NCBI GenBank assembly: GCA_003144275.1
Contig: NJBF01000032.1
Location: 21,142 to 53,141 of the forward strand
Length of the DNA: 32,000 bases
Direction: 5' to 3'
DNA from: Candidatus Heimdallarchaeota archaeon B3_Heim
GTDB lineage: Archaea > Asgardarchaeota > Heimdallarchaeia > Hodarchaeales > Hodarchaeaceae
Position 1 is the first letter of the stretch. Every line of letters starts with the position of its first letter. Shown in pieces: positions 9,316 through 19,114 of this stretch. Both the position numbers and the translations under genes were made by a program. The notes beneath the pieces are model-generated. The model did not search any database, was not told the origin of the DNA, and was given only the letters and a program-made list of their open reading frames with translations.

Positions 9316-9364
9316 TTGATTTAAACCAAAATTGATTTTTCATCAACACAAAATCTCATCAACA
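9316..9364. repeat. Symmetric TTGAT/ATCAA array including two more ATCAACA copies
   Basis: TTGAT(9316)-N11-TTGAT(9332)-N5-ATCAA(9342)-N11-ATCAA(9358), with the dyad centred at 9339. Confidence 0.4.
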
Positions 9365-9477
9365 GTAAGTGTTTCTAGAAAGTTCCTAATTAATAAAAAT
9401 CTAGAAACCGCAGTTCCGATTCGGCGACGATAGTAATGCAAAGACTATATTCTAGAATTTATTGAGAAGAATTCAAG

Positions 9478-9912
9478 ATGTTAATTACTAAAGCCATTGT
9501 TCAAGATCTTCCAGAGGTATTGAAGTTACTTCAATTACTAGACCTTCCCATTGAGGGAGTAAAAGAGCATTTTCAACATTTTTTCATATTACGTGAGGAC
9601 GAAATGGTCGTAGGATGCATCGGAGTGGAAATCTATGATAATACTGGACTACTTCGGTCAATAGGGATACATCCCTCCTATCAGGGAAAAGGTTTTGGTC
9701 AACAAATGGTAAGCAGATTAGAAGAATTTTCGTCTGAAAAAGAACTTAACTCCCTTTATTTACTGACAGAGACAGCTGAAAAGTTTTTTTTGAACTTAGG
9801 TTACAAATATGTTTCCAGAGAAGAGGTTGATCCAAACATCAAGCAATCAATTGAATTTACAAAACTTTGTCCCTCATCTCCTGTAATGGTAAAACTATTT
9901 TCCTCCAAATGA
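9478..9912 (+). CDS. arsN2: GNAT acetyltransferase, ArsN2-like
   Basis: LLRS, YQGKGFG acetyl-CoA loop, LYLLTETAEKFF, and C-terminal SIEFTKLCPSS. Confidence 0.72.
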   Translation: MLITKAIVQDLPEVLKLLQLLDLPIEGVKEHFQHFFILREDEMVVGCIGVEIYDNTGLLRSIGIHPSYQGKGFGQQMVSRLEEFSSEKELNSLYLLTETAEKFFLNLGYKYVSREEVDPNIKQSIEFTKLCPSSPVMVKLFSSK

Positions 9913-9974
9913 TCTTTCACTTCTACTCGTTGTAAGGATTCAGTCACGAAAGGAAGAAACTGATTATCACAGAT

Positions 9975-10208
9975 TTAATCATCGTAGTCCTTCTTCATCC
10001 TTTGTAGATGTTCAATGTCAGACAGGGGCTTGTTCTCCCTGTCCGACTTTTTAATCCACAGAAATATGCAAAATATCTCTATTAACAAAAAAAGAAATCC
10101 AAAAAATAAATCTCGTAGAATAAACAGAATTGTAAGAATAAACAAAATTATCGTAAAAAGACTACTTGAACTATAATTGAGCCTCGATCTATACCTATGT
10201 CTATCCAT
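9975..10208 (-). CDS. Small membrane protein (two hydrophobic helices)
   Basis: ATG start, hydrophobic hairpin and charged tail; fills a gap between genes. Confidence 0.55.
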   Translation of the reverse strand: MDRHRYRSRLNYSSSSLFTIILFILTILFILRDLFFGFLFLLIEIFCIFLWIKKSDRENKPLSDIEHLQRMKKDYDD

Positions 10209-10473
10209 AATTTTTCATTCCGCTAGAAATTTGATCAATTTTGTATTAATACCTTTACTTGTTGGAACTAAATCGTTGTTTGGATTTTCTTAAAAAGTGG
10301 CTAATGCGCTTATTAGCACACGATTGTTTCAGGGATTTATATTACAATTCCGCGTTACAACTGAATGTTTCAAGAAATTATTAAATGGTACATTAAAATT
10401 ATATTTATTGGATAAAAAACAGTGAACCATCCTTTGTATAGTATTCATAACATAAAAGGTCATGTGATTGATC

Positions 10474-10950
10474 ATGGATGAATTTAAAATTCTAGTTGAA
10501 CCACGAAGTGAACGAAATGGATTATTTCCTGAAGAACAGAGTTTAAAGTTAGCCATCAAAGAATTAAATAATCCTAAACTATCATTCAAGCGGTCCACAA
10601 GAGGATACACCGCTCTTTACGAAAATAAAGATATTAATCCTATGTTAGCTAGAAAACGTAAAAAAGAAATGGAAGATCTCGTACATGAAATTCATTGTCG
10701 TTATATCAAGTTTTTAGCTATTCGTGATTTTAGAAAACCTGGATTTCTTCTTGGAGAAACCATTGATGAAAGTGACGAATATCAAGTTATTTTTAATAAT
10801 GACAAAGAGGGATCACAAATTACCATTGTCTGTAACAAACAAAAATGGCTGATTCAGATTATAGGTAGTGGATTTCCAACTAATTCTTCTCTAAGTTTCC
10901 TTACTTCATTTCAAGCACGAATTGGAAAAACTATACCAATTTCTGACTAG
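10474..10950 (+). CDS. Hypothetical protein
   Basis: ~158-aa ORF with globular composition and no competing long ORF. Alternative ATG at 10468. Confidence 0.65.
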   Translation: MDEFKILVEPRSERNGLFPEEQSLKLAIKELNNPKLSFKRSTRGYTALYENKDINPMLARKRKKEMEDLVHEIHCRYIKFLAIRDFRKPGFLLGETIDESDEYQVIFNNDKEGSQITIVCNKQKWLIQIIGSGFPTNSSLSFLTSFQARIGKTIPISD

Positions 10951-11006
10951 GGTATTTTGAGAAAATAGCTGGCTGACTGTTTCTTTTGTAGAAAGAAATA
11001 CTAAAT

Positions 11007-11028
11007 GTTTTTCTTTCGAAAAAAAAAC
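11007..11028. terminator. Near-palindromic T/A tract between convergent genes
   Basis: GTTTTTCTTTCGAAAAAAAAAC gives oligo-U on both strands. Confidence 0.4.
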
Positions 11029-11083
11029 TGAGGTGACCTCTGATTGGGAAGTTTTCGTCCTGAATACATGCTATGTAGAGTTT

Positions 11084-12823
11084 CTAACCGTCTATTGACT
11101 TTTTTCTTCCTGCTTTTTTCCATTCCATATCGCGAAGCTCCCGATGAAGAACTTTGCCAATGGTCGATTTAGGCATCTCATCAATGAATTGGACATGACG
11201 TGGGATCTTAAACCGAGCAATCCTACCTTTACAAAATTCAATGATTTCTTCTTGTGACGCAGTTTCGTCATCCTTTAAGACAATAAATGCCTTGACAGTT
11301 TCGCCTTTAATCGAGTGAGGGATACCTACGACAGCCACTTCTTGGATTGCTGGATGTTCCAAAATGAGTTCCTCAACTTCTCGTGGATAAACTTTTAGGC
11401 CAGATACATCAATCATATTCTTTTTTCGTCCTGTGATGAAAAAATAGCCATCTTCGTCAATATAGCCAACGTCTCCAGTTAAGAAAAAACCATCCTCATT
11501 AAACACATACGCTGTTTCCTCGGGTTTTTTCCAATACCCTTTCATAACTTGAGGTCCTTTTAGTCCTATTTCTCCTTCTTCCCCTTGAGGTAGTTCTTTG
11601 TTTTGATCGTTCAAATCATAGATCTTAGCGTCGGTGTTTGGAACGGGAAGCCCAATGCTTCCAGGACGTTTATCGTTTGGAGTAAATGGATTTACATGAG
11701 TAACTGGAGAAGTTTCCGTTAATCCGTATCCTTCAACGACATTTGCTCCTGTCAATTCTTCAAAATTATACATAACTTGCTCGGGAAGGGGAGCAGCTCC
11801 GGAGAGACAGGCTCTGATTGATGTTAAATCGTAATCCTTTATGTCTTTGTGATATAATAATCCCACATATAAACTTGGTACTGCGTGGAAAACGGTTGGT
11901 TGATATTTATACAGCGTTTCTAGCAAGTCCTGTAACATCGGTCTTCCTGCTAATGGATCCGTGATAATAATCATTTTGGATGCTTGACTGACTGCAGTGA
12001 TCATACACACATTTAGAGCATAAATATGAAATAAGGGTAGGGCAACAACATAACATTCATTTCCGTAATTTACAGGAGGATAATAAAGAATATTTACCTG
12101 ATTTACATTACTAACAATATTGTAATGAGATAACATTGCTCCTTTAGAGACTCCAGTTGTGCCTCCTGTGTATTGAATTAATGCCAGATCTTCCACAGGG
12201 TTAATTTCAACATCCGGTACACTATCAGGATCTCCTTCCTCAATCATTTGGTTAAATGGAATATCTTTATCATGAATTCTCTTTCTTAAGGGGACTTTAC
12301 CTGTTATCATACCCAGGTATCTTTTAGAAAAAGTCATTTCATCATGCAATGAAGCCACAATGATATGATTCAGTTTTACAAGCTTCTTATCACGTAATTT
12401 TCTAACTCTATCATACGTGATATCAATAGTAATAATAGATTCAGCGCCTGAATCATTCAGTTGATATTCGAGCTCGTGATCTACATATTGCTTATTAAAT
12501 GGGACGATAGTTGCTCCCAATCGATTTATCGCAAAGAACGCAATGATAAATTGGGGACAGTTAGGAAGATAAATTCCGATTCGATCCCCTTTTTGTATCC
12601 CTAACTTTGTCAACGAATGAGCAAATCGCAATACACGATCCCAAAGTTCACCATATTTAATTTTTTTGTCAAAAAAGATAGTAGCGACATTATCAGGGCT
12701 AGCTATTGCTGATTCCTCTAAAAATTTATAGATAGGAAAATCTTCCGGAAGGTCAATGCTTTTGGGTATCTCCTCTGGCCATAGTTTGAACCAAAGCTTA
12801 TCTAATTGCTCAACTTGTTCCAT
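11084..12823 (-). CDS. fadD: Long-chain fatty-acid--CoA ligase (ANL family)
   Basis: QYTGGTTGVSKG, EGYGLTETSP, GSIGLPVPNT, FLTGDVG, GRKKNMI, VYPREVE, KSTIGKV. Confidence 0.9.
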   Translation of the reverse strand: MEQVEQLDKLWFKLWPEEIPKSIDLPEDFPIYKFLEESAIASPDNVATIFFDKKIKYGELWDRVLRFAHSLTKLGIQKGDRIGIYLPNCPQFIIAFFAINRLGATIVPFNKQYVDHELEYQLNDSGAESIITIDITYDRVRKLRDKKLVKLNHIIVASLHDEMTFSKRYLGMITGKVPLRKRIHDKDIPFNQMIEEGDPDSVPDVEINPVEDLALIQYTGGTTGVSKGAMLSHYNIVSNVNQVNILYYPPVNYGNECYVVALPLFHIYALNVCMITAVSQASKMIIITDPLAGRPMLQDLLETLYKYQPTVFHAVPSLYVGLLYHKDIKDYDLTSIRACLSGAAPLPEQVMYNFEELTGANVVEGYGLTETSPVTHVNPFTPNDKRPGSIGLPVPNTDAKIYDLNDQNKELPQGEEGEIGLKGPQVMKGYWKKPEETAYVFNEDGFFLTGDVGYIDEDGYFFITGRKKNMIDVSGLKVYPREVEELILEHPAIQEVAVVGIPHSIKGETVKAFIVLKDDETASQEEIIEFCKGRIARFKIPRHVQFIDEMPKSTIGKVLHRELRDMEWKKAGRKKSIDG

Positions 12824-12951
12824 AATATGATCAACACCGGGTGAAAGGGACTTTTACGCTATCAGTATGCTGTCTTATATCTTCCTTATCATTACAATAA
12901 GTACATTTCGTCTGTAAATTGCATTCACTATACTCAAATTTCAGCATAAAC

Positions 12952-12959
12952 TTTATAAT
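12952..12959 (+). promoter_or_regulatory. Candidate TATA box in the fadD/SBP divergent region
   Basis: AAAC-TTTATAAT about 100 nt upstream of ATG 13061; sequence motif only. Confidence 0.3.
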
Positions 12960-13060
12960 TCTCATAAGCGTATGACCTTGAATTGTTCTTAAAGAATCAA
13001 TTTAATTCCCTGACGAGTTATCAAAAGGGGATTGAAATAAAAAAGTAAATGTGATTTAAT

Positions 13061-14581
13061 ATGAGGAAAATTAGAACGATATTCTTGATATCTATATTCT
13101 TCGCCATGTTTCTATCTTCATCAATTGATATTGTGCCTGCTAAACCACAAGCCAGGCCAACAATCAAGATTGGTGGACTTGGGCCCTTATCCATTACTCC
13201 TGGAAAGGACATGAGAAAAGGGATTGAACTAGCGGTCGATGAGATTAATGATGGCGACGGTGTAGTCGTTGGTGGAACAGCGTATGACTTTGAAGTCTTT
13301 ATTGAAGATAATTCAGGCACCACTGGACTCCCTGATACTGACAAAGCCCTTACAGCACTATCAAAATTAACGGTTGATGATGAAGTAGTTGCGATAGTAG
13401 GCGGATTCCGAACTGAAGTTATGTGGGGTATTCAAGCAAACTTGGGTACGACTGGAACACCCTTCCTAGGTGTAGGATCCACTGCTCAGTTAATTTCTCC
13501 GTATTATTGGAGAGTTGGTCCATCCAACGGCAGTCTCCTTGCTTTTGGACTTATTGATCTCTATGGCTTTGGATTGTTGAATACAGGTGTTGAAAAAATT
13601 ACAATTATTCGTGAAGATGTTGCCTGGACTCCCCCCTTATCTAAACTGGTACAATTTTACCTTGGATATTATCTAGCAGCGATGAATGTTACTAGTAAAG
13701 CAATTGTATTTACTGACGACATTACCGTTAGTCAAGAAGCGGGTCTTGATGCTGTAGCTGCAGCAATGGCGAATGTGGGTGATGATGTTGATGCTCTGAT
13801 GCCTATATTCTCTGCTCCAGTAGGGAAATATGTAACGCAGGCTTGGTTTAATGATAATATGTCACAAATGTTAGCAGGCATTAATGTTGAAGCTCAATCA
13901 AGTACATACTTTGAAGAGACTGAAGGGGCTGCTTACGGCGAAATAACGATGCATCCAAACCCTCCAGATTTAACCCCCACAGCCAAAACTGCAGCCTACA
14001 AGACTGGATATGATGCTAAGTGGGATGAAGACCCGACCTATACTGCTACATTCAGCTATGATGCCGTTTTTATCTTGAAAGAGGCTATTGAACGTGCTGA
14101 TTCCTTTGATAAGGCTGATATTCAAACTGCATTGGCTGATACTGACATGGTTGGTGCAGCATGGCAATATAAGTTTACTAGCGAGCTCGGCCCTCAATTA
14201 ATATTAGCTGATTTCTTACCAAATGGAACCAAAGTCGTAGTACCAGTTCCAGGTACAGAAAGCACACCATACGGCAGTATTACGGTACATGATCTCTATA
14301 CCGCATCAACTGTAGGATTTAGAAACAAACCTTTCCCTACTACATACTTCACGCAATGGCAACAAAATGGAACCGTTAAAACTGTCTGGGGAGCGACTGC
14401 TGCAATTACAGATGATGCAGTTGCTTTTGCTACAGGACAGTCAGCTTTAGAATGGCCAATTGATCACGCTGAACATGGGTTTTCCCCAAAACAAGCCCCA
14501 GGATTTGAACTACCATTGATTATCCTAGTGCTAAGCGGATTTGCGGCGATAGTACGTACGAGGAAACGTAAGAAATTCTAA
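13061..14581 (+). CDS. Liv/HAAT-family ABC substrate-binding protein with signal peptide and C-terminal PGF-CTERM-like anchor
   Basis: IKIGGLGPLS, GIELAVDEIN, AIVGGFRTE, YDAVFILKEAIERA. Tail APGFE + hydrophobic helix + RTRKRKKF. No lipobox Cys. Confidence 0.9.
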   Translation: MRKIRTIFLISIFFAMFLSSSIDIVPAKPQARPTIKIGGLGPLSITPGKDMRKGIELAVDEINDGDGVVVGGTAYDFEVFIEDNSGTTGLPDTDKALTALSKLTVDDEVVAIVGGFRTEVMWGIQANLGTTGTPFLGVGSTAQLISPYYWRVGPSNGSLLAFGLIDLYGFGLLNTGVEKITIIREDVAWTPPLSKLVQFYLGYYLAAMNVTSKAIVFTDDITVSQEAGLDAVAAAMANVGDDVDALMPIFSAPVGKYVTQAWFNDNMSQMLAGINVEAQSSTYFEETEGAAYGEITMHPNPPDLTPTAKTAAYKTGYDAKWDEDPTYTATFSYDAVFILKEAIERADSFDKADIQTALADTDMVGAAWQYKFTSELGPQLILADFLPNGTKVVVPVPGTESTPYGSITVHDLYTASTVGFRNKPFPTTYFTQWQQNGTVKTVWGATAAITDDAVAFATGQSALEWPIDHAEHGFSPKQAPGFELPLIILVLSGFAAIVRTRKRKKF

Positions 14582-14582
14582 C

Positions 14583-14604
14583 TCCCCTTCCTCTTTTTTT
14601 TTTT
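14583..14604 (+). terminator. Pyrimidine tract / oligo-T (T11) after the SBP gene
   Basis: TCCCCTTCCTC followed by 11 T directly after stop 14581; typical archaeal intrinsic terminator. Confidence 0.55.
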
Positions 14605-14674
14605 ATTACTTAAGATATTTAAATTACCTGTATCTATTTGCTTTACCCTTAACATGTAAAAAAGGAGATTTTCT

Positions 14675-16060
14675 ATGAGTTTTCTTGACAAAGTTATCCC
14701 TCCAGACCTATTGCAGAAAGAAAAATGGATAATCTTAGGATTAACGATCTTTTTTTCACTTTGTGTAATATTTCCATTCATCGTTCAAATTTCAGATTCC
14801 GGGCTCAATTTTAATCTTAGATTAGATTCAGGAATAAAAGTTAATATCTTCGCAATTCAAACTGGTGCATTATATGCTTTATTGGCTATAGGTTTTTCGC
14901 TCATTTATGGTGTTGCCAAGCAATTAAAATTATCTCTTGGAGGATATTTTGTCATAGGCGCTTATTGCCAATTTTTCCTATTAGAAACAATGGAAATAGT
15001 TCCAGAAATCCGAACTGACATTGATGGACTTATGTTCCTCGGATTGGTTTTGTTACCTATCTTACTTATCATCGTTTTATTGGTGTTTACATTCACTTTA
15101 TTTTCATTTCGTGATTATTTATTAATTTTGGTAGCCCCAGTAATTTCTGGAGGGAGTATCATCCTTATTGATGGAAATTTAGTTGCAGGTTTTTATGTCG
15201 GCCTTGCAGCGATTATCATCAGCTTGACAGGATGGTATTTAGAACTACCGAAACGTGAGATAGCTCTCGGTTCATTTATTTATGCATTGTCCATGCCTGT
15301 TCTATATATTCTAGGCTTTCCGTCAATTTATTTTTCTTTGATGATATTATCAGTAGTATTTACCGCGTGTGTTGCTATGATTTCTGATCGCTATCTTTTG
15401 GATACCGTGCGACATTCACACATTTCTGTTATGATAGTCACATTTGCATTGGCTTTAATATTACAAAGTATTGTTCAGGTAGTGTATTTCCCCCAAAATG
15501 GAAATAATTTCACACGTTTTCAATCAATTGATTGGAGTTTCCCTGGAATCGTCCCCAAAACTGGAATCACGGTTATTTTTGGCGTTTCTATTCCCACAAT
15601 TCGATTAATCTCACTCATTTTTTCCGTTATTGCAGTAGTTCTTCTTTATATCTTTATTTATTATACTAAATTTGGAATTGCGTTACGTGCAGTTTCACAG
15701 GATGAAGAAGCGGCTGCACTAGTCGGTATTAATATCCGGAAGACTACTGCACTAGTTAGCGGAGTAGGTATGGGACTAGCGGGTTTTGCTGCAGTGTTGA
15801 CTTCCTCGTTTTCGGCTCGTCCTTTGTGGAATCCTTTCATGGGCTGGCCTGTATTAATATGGGCTATTGCAGTAGTAACCTTAGGCGGAATGGGTAGTCT
15901 CGGAGGAAGTATTATCGCAGCTTTCGTAATAGGTTACTCTGAAATTCTTGTGAGTACCATTGATCCAAGCTATTCAGTAGCCATTCCCTTCTTGATCGTC
16001 ATTCTTGTTATGATTATGAAACCTGAAGGACTGTTTGGCGAGAAAAAGGAGGTAGAGTAA
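14675..16060 (+). CDS. livH: LivH-type ABC permease with extra TM segments
   Basis: GALYALLAIGFSLIYGV, TKFGIALRAVSQDEEAAALVGIN, VTLGGMGSLGG, KPEGLFG. Confidence 0.85.
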   Translation: MSFLDKVIPPDLLQKEKWIILGLTIFFSLCVIFPFIVQISDSGLNFNLRLDSGIKVNIFAIQTGALYALLAIGFSLIYGVAKQLKLSLGGYFVIGAYCQFFLLETMEIVPEIRTDIDGLMFLGLVLLPILLIIVLLVFTFTLFSFRDYLLILVAPVISGGSIILIDGNLVAGFYVGLAAIIISLTGWYLELPKREIALGSFIYALSMPVLYILGFPSIYFSLMILSVVFTACVAMISDRYLLDTVRHSHISVMIVTFALALILQSIVQVVYFPQNGNNFTRFQSIDWSFPGIVPKTGITVIFGVSIPTIRLISLIFSVIAVVLLYIFIYYTKFGIALRAVSQDEEAAALVGINIRKTTALVSGVGMGLAGFAAVLTSSFSARPLWNPFMGWPVLIWAIAVVTLGGMGSLGGSIIAAFVIGYSEILVSTIDPSYSVAIPFLIVILVMIMKPEGLFGEKKEVE

Positions 16061-16062
16061 TA

Positions 16063-17526
16063 ATGGACTGGTATGAGTTTTTTGAAGATATATGGGATGA
16101 AATTAAGGATCGTGGTTATTACATTTCAGGAATAGCTCTTTTAATTTTTCTACCCTCTATTCTTGGCGCATCTGATACTCCGAGTATTCCTATTCTAACC
16201 GATATTTATGCAATTGTTGGTAATATTGGATTGTTTGGGTCAACAAACTTCTTTTTGATAATCCTTTCACTTTGCGCGATTTGGGGAATATTTGCTGCCT
16301 CGTGGGATATTTTATCTGGATATACTGGGCAGATTAGTTTTGGTCATGCGATTTTTTTCGGATTAGCTGCTTATGTTGGGTATTGGACCTCGACAGGTTT
16401 TCAAGTTGATCCCCTTTTAGTTGGGCTTTTAGGAACAAGATTTAGCCTCGCTCCAGCGGTAGCTTTAATATTTAGTGGTTTTATATGTGCTTTACTTGCT
16501 GTATGTATTGGTATTCTCGCCTTGAGAGTTAAAGGGCCTTATCTTGCTTTAGTGACACTAGTAATACCCTTAATTGTTGCTTCATTATTCAAACTTGAAA
16601 TCTTTTACACTTTAACAGGAGGGGATCATGGATTCCCAAATGTACCTGATGTTTTAACACCTACCGGTATTCTGGACATTGATACACTGAACTTTTACAT
16701 TTTTTCAATAAGCGTTCTTTTAGTATCAGTAGGTATAATGATGCTAATAGCCTATTCACGGTATGGATTGGTTTTTCAATCGATCAGGGAAGACGAGGAT
16801 GCAGCGGAATCTCTAGGTATTAATCTGGCTTTTTATAAAATACTGGCATTCGCAATAAGTGCGTTCTTTGCTGGAATTGCAGGAGGAATGTATGCTCAAT
16901 ATCGGAGTATTGCGGTACCTTCTTTCTTTGATACGTCTTTTTCATTTTCGGTTATTATTATGGCCGTGATTGGGGGGATTGGGTCTATTTCCGGAGGAGT
17001 TGTAGGAGCTTTTCTTCTCACAATTTTGATAGAAATCCTTCTTGGTGACATTTTTCCATCATCTGTTCTTGAGGGAGTAGATATTCTGGCTTTTGGTTTA
17101 TTGCTGGTAATTACTCTCCGATATATGCCCTATGGAGTTGCACGTGCAAAGAGTGATCAAAAGAAAGCTATTGTATTCGGATTGTTATTTGCACTATCTT
17201 GGGCAATAATTCCCATTAGCAATTTTTTTGAATTTCTTTCTTCAATTTCTATAGGTAACATTATATTATTCCTAGCTATGGTTTTGATCACAATCCTAAC
17301 ATTACCAGCAATTCCAGTTTTCTTTGTGAGTGAGATAGTTGGTCTTTTTGTGCTCGAAGGATTAATGGGTCTTAGTCTTTCACCGAAAGCTCTTATAAAG
17401 GCGAAGTTTCTTATATATTGTATTGCAGGCATTCCATTTGCATATTATCTTCCTAAAGTATTTAAAATCCTCCGACTAAGATTCTGGGGTGTATGGCCTT
17501 CTGTTGGGAGATATGAACCAGAATAA
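16063..17526 (+). CDS. livM: LivM-type ABC permease with hydrophobic C-terminal extension
   Basis: SWDILSGYTGQISFGHA, LRVKGPYLALVTL, SIREDEDAAESLGIN, AVIGGIGSISG. Confidence 0.87.
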   Translation: MDWYEFFEDIWDEIKDRGYYISGIALLIFLPSILGASDTPSIPILTDIYAIVGNIGLFGSTNFFLIILSLCAIWGIFAASWDILSGYTGQISFGHAIFFGLAAYVGYWTSTGFQVDPLLVGLLGTRFSLAPAVALIFSGFICALLAVCIGILALRVKGPYLALVTLVIPLIVASLFKLEIFYTLTGGDHGFPNVPDVLTPTGILDIDTLNFYIFSISVLLVSVGIMMLIAYSRYGLVFQSIREDEDAAESLGINLAFYKILAFAISAFFAGIAGGMYAQYRSIAVPSFFDTSFSFSVIIMAVIGGIGSISGGVVGAFLLTILIEILLGDIFPSSVLEGVDILAFGLLLVITLRYMPYGVARAKSDQKKAIVFGLLFALSWAIIPISNFFEFLSSISIGNIILFLAMVLITILTLPAIPVFFVSEIVGLFVLEGLMGLSLSPKALIKAKFLIYCIAGIPFAYYLPKVFKILRLRFWGVWPSVGRYEPE

Positions 17527-17544
17527 TTAACATGGTGAATGAAT

Positions 17545-18327
17545 ATGACTACTACATTTTCAGAAAAACAAGTTTCGAATTCGCAACGATCTGTACTCAT
17601 TGAAGTACAGAACTTAAGTAAACATTTTGAAGGCCTTAAAGCTGTGGATGATGTAAACTTCAAAATAAAAGCGGGGGAGCTTATCGGAATCATTGGCCCT
17701 AATGGAGCTGGAAAAACTACGCTATTTAATCTTCTCACGGGATTTCTCAAACCTACAAAAGGAAAACTCATTCTTGATGAGAAGAAAAATATTGCAGGCT
17801 TGAGCCCCCATAAAATCGCAAAACTTGGAATAACTAGAACATTTCAGCTTGTTCGTCCCTTCAAATTGTTAAATGCTTTGGAAAATACAACTGTTCCTCA
17901 CATTCCTAAATCGAAATTAACTAGATCTTCCACTCTTAAAAATAAAGCAACTTGGTCATTAATAACAGTTGACTTAGCTGAAAAGAAAAATTATCCAGCT
18001 TTTATCTTACCACATGGCGATTTAAAAAGACTTGATTTTGCTCGTGCTATGGCTGTTCAACCTCGAATGTTATTGCTAGATGAACCGTTCGCAGGGTTGA
18101 GTGTTGAAGAAGCTTTCAGGGTAGAACGTGTCATACGTGAGGCAAATGAAAAAGGTATGACTATTGTTATTGTAGAACATAAACTAAAAATTCTTATGCG
18201 GTTAGTTGAGAGAGTAATCGTCTTACATCAAGGAAAATTAATAGGGGAAGGAACTCCAAAAGAAATTGCTAATAATGATGAGGTTATTACAGCTTATCTT
18301 GGGACAGAGGCTAAAGACTATGAGTGA
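17545..18327 (+). CDS. livG: LivG-type ABC ATPase
   Basis: GPNGAGKTT, GITRTFQ, LPHGDLKR, LLLDEP, IVEH, VITAYLG. ATG 17545 is better spaced from the GGTGA RBS than 17539. Confidence 0.9.
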   Translation: MTTTFSEKQVSNSQRSVLIEVQNLSKHFEGLKAVDDVNFKIKAGELIGIIGPNGAGKTTLFNLLTGFLKPTKGKLILDEKKNIAGLSPHKIAKLGITRTFQLVRPFKLLNALENTTVPHIPKSKLTRSSTLKNKATWSLITVDLAEKKNYPAFILPHGDLKRLDFARAMAVQPRMLLLDEPFAGLSVEEAFRVERVIREANEKGMTIVIVEHKLKILMRLVERVIVLHQGKLIGEGTPKEIANNDEVITAYLGTEAKDYE

Positions 18328-19099
18328 AACTAATAAACAATCATCCACCCTATTTGAATTACAAGAGGCATCCGTACATTATGGCAGAGCAATTGCTATC
18401 GCGTCTGTTTCGTTAACAGTTGAAAAAGGAGAACTAGTAGCCGTTATCGGACCTAATGGAACTGGAAAAACAACCCTTCTTAGAGCAATTTCAGGTTTGG
18501 TAGAGCTCGAAAGAGGAAAAGTATTCTTTGAGGGAAAGAAAATACTGGAGTCAACGAAATCAGAATTCAGAGTCATGGGAACAAATAAATCATTAAAACC
18601 ACATAGAATCGTGGAATTAGGCATAATCCACTGTCCAGAACGTAGAAGATTGTTCACTGAATCTAGTGTAAGAGAAAATCTAATATTAGGAGCATATACG
18701 AATAAGGATAAATTAAAAGTCGAACAAACTCTTGAATACGTTTTGAAACTCTTTCCAGTCCTTGAAAAACGATTGAATGAAAAAGCAGGTAATTTTTCAG
18801 GAGGGGAACAACAGATGATTGCAATTGGACGATCACTTATGGGAAACCCGAAATTATTACTACTTGATGAGCCTAGTCTGGGACTTGCTCCAATGGTTAA
18901 GAGAAATATAGTTGAAGCAATTCGCAAAATTCAAGAAAGAGGAACTACAATTCTTCTAGTAGAACAGGATGCGAGTATAGCCTTGGAAATTTGTGATCGA
19001 GGATATCTCCTTGAAGATGGGAGATTGGAACTCGAGGGCTCTCGTGATGAATTGTTAAAGAATCCCTATGTGAAAGAAGCCTATCTCGGCATTGCATGA
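18320..19099 (+). CDS. livF: LivF-type ABC ATPase
   Basis: GPNGTGKTT, CPERRRLF, FSGGEQQMIAIGR, LDEPSLGLAP, VEQD, VKEAYLG. ATG 18320 overlaps the livG stop. Confidence 0.9.
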   Translation: MSETNKQSSTLFELQEASVHYGRAIAIASVSLTVEKGELVAVIGPNGTGKTTLLRAISGLVELERGKVFFEGKKILESTKSEFRVMGTNKSLKPHRIVELGIIHCPERRRLFTESSVRENLILGAYTNKDKLKVEQTLEYVLKLFPVLEKRLNEKAGNFSGGEQQMIAIGRSLMGNPKLLLLDEPSLGLAPMVKRNIVEAIRKIQERGTTILLVEQDASIALEICDRGYLLEDGRLELEGSRDELLKNPYVKEAYLGIA

Positions 19100-19114
19100 A
19101 ATAGAAGTAACTAC

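Noticed and set aside
9115-9324. 69-aa plus-strand ORF across the repeat array
   Set aside because: No RBS, overlaps the wHTH gene's 5' region, and has no recognisable features.
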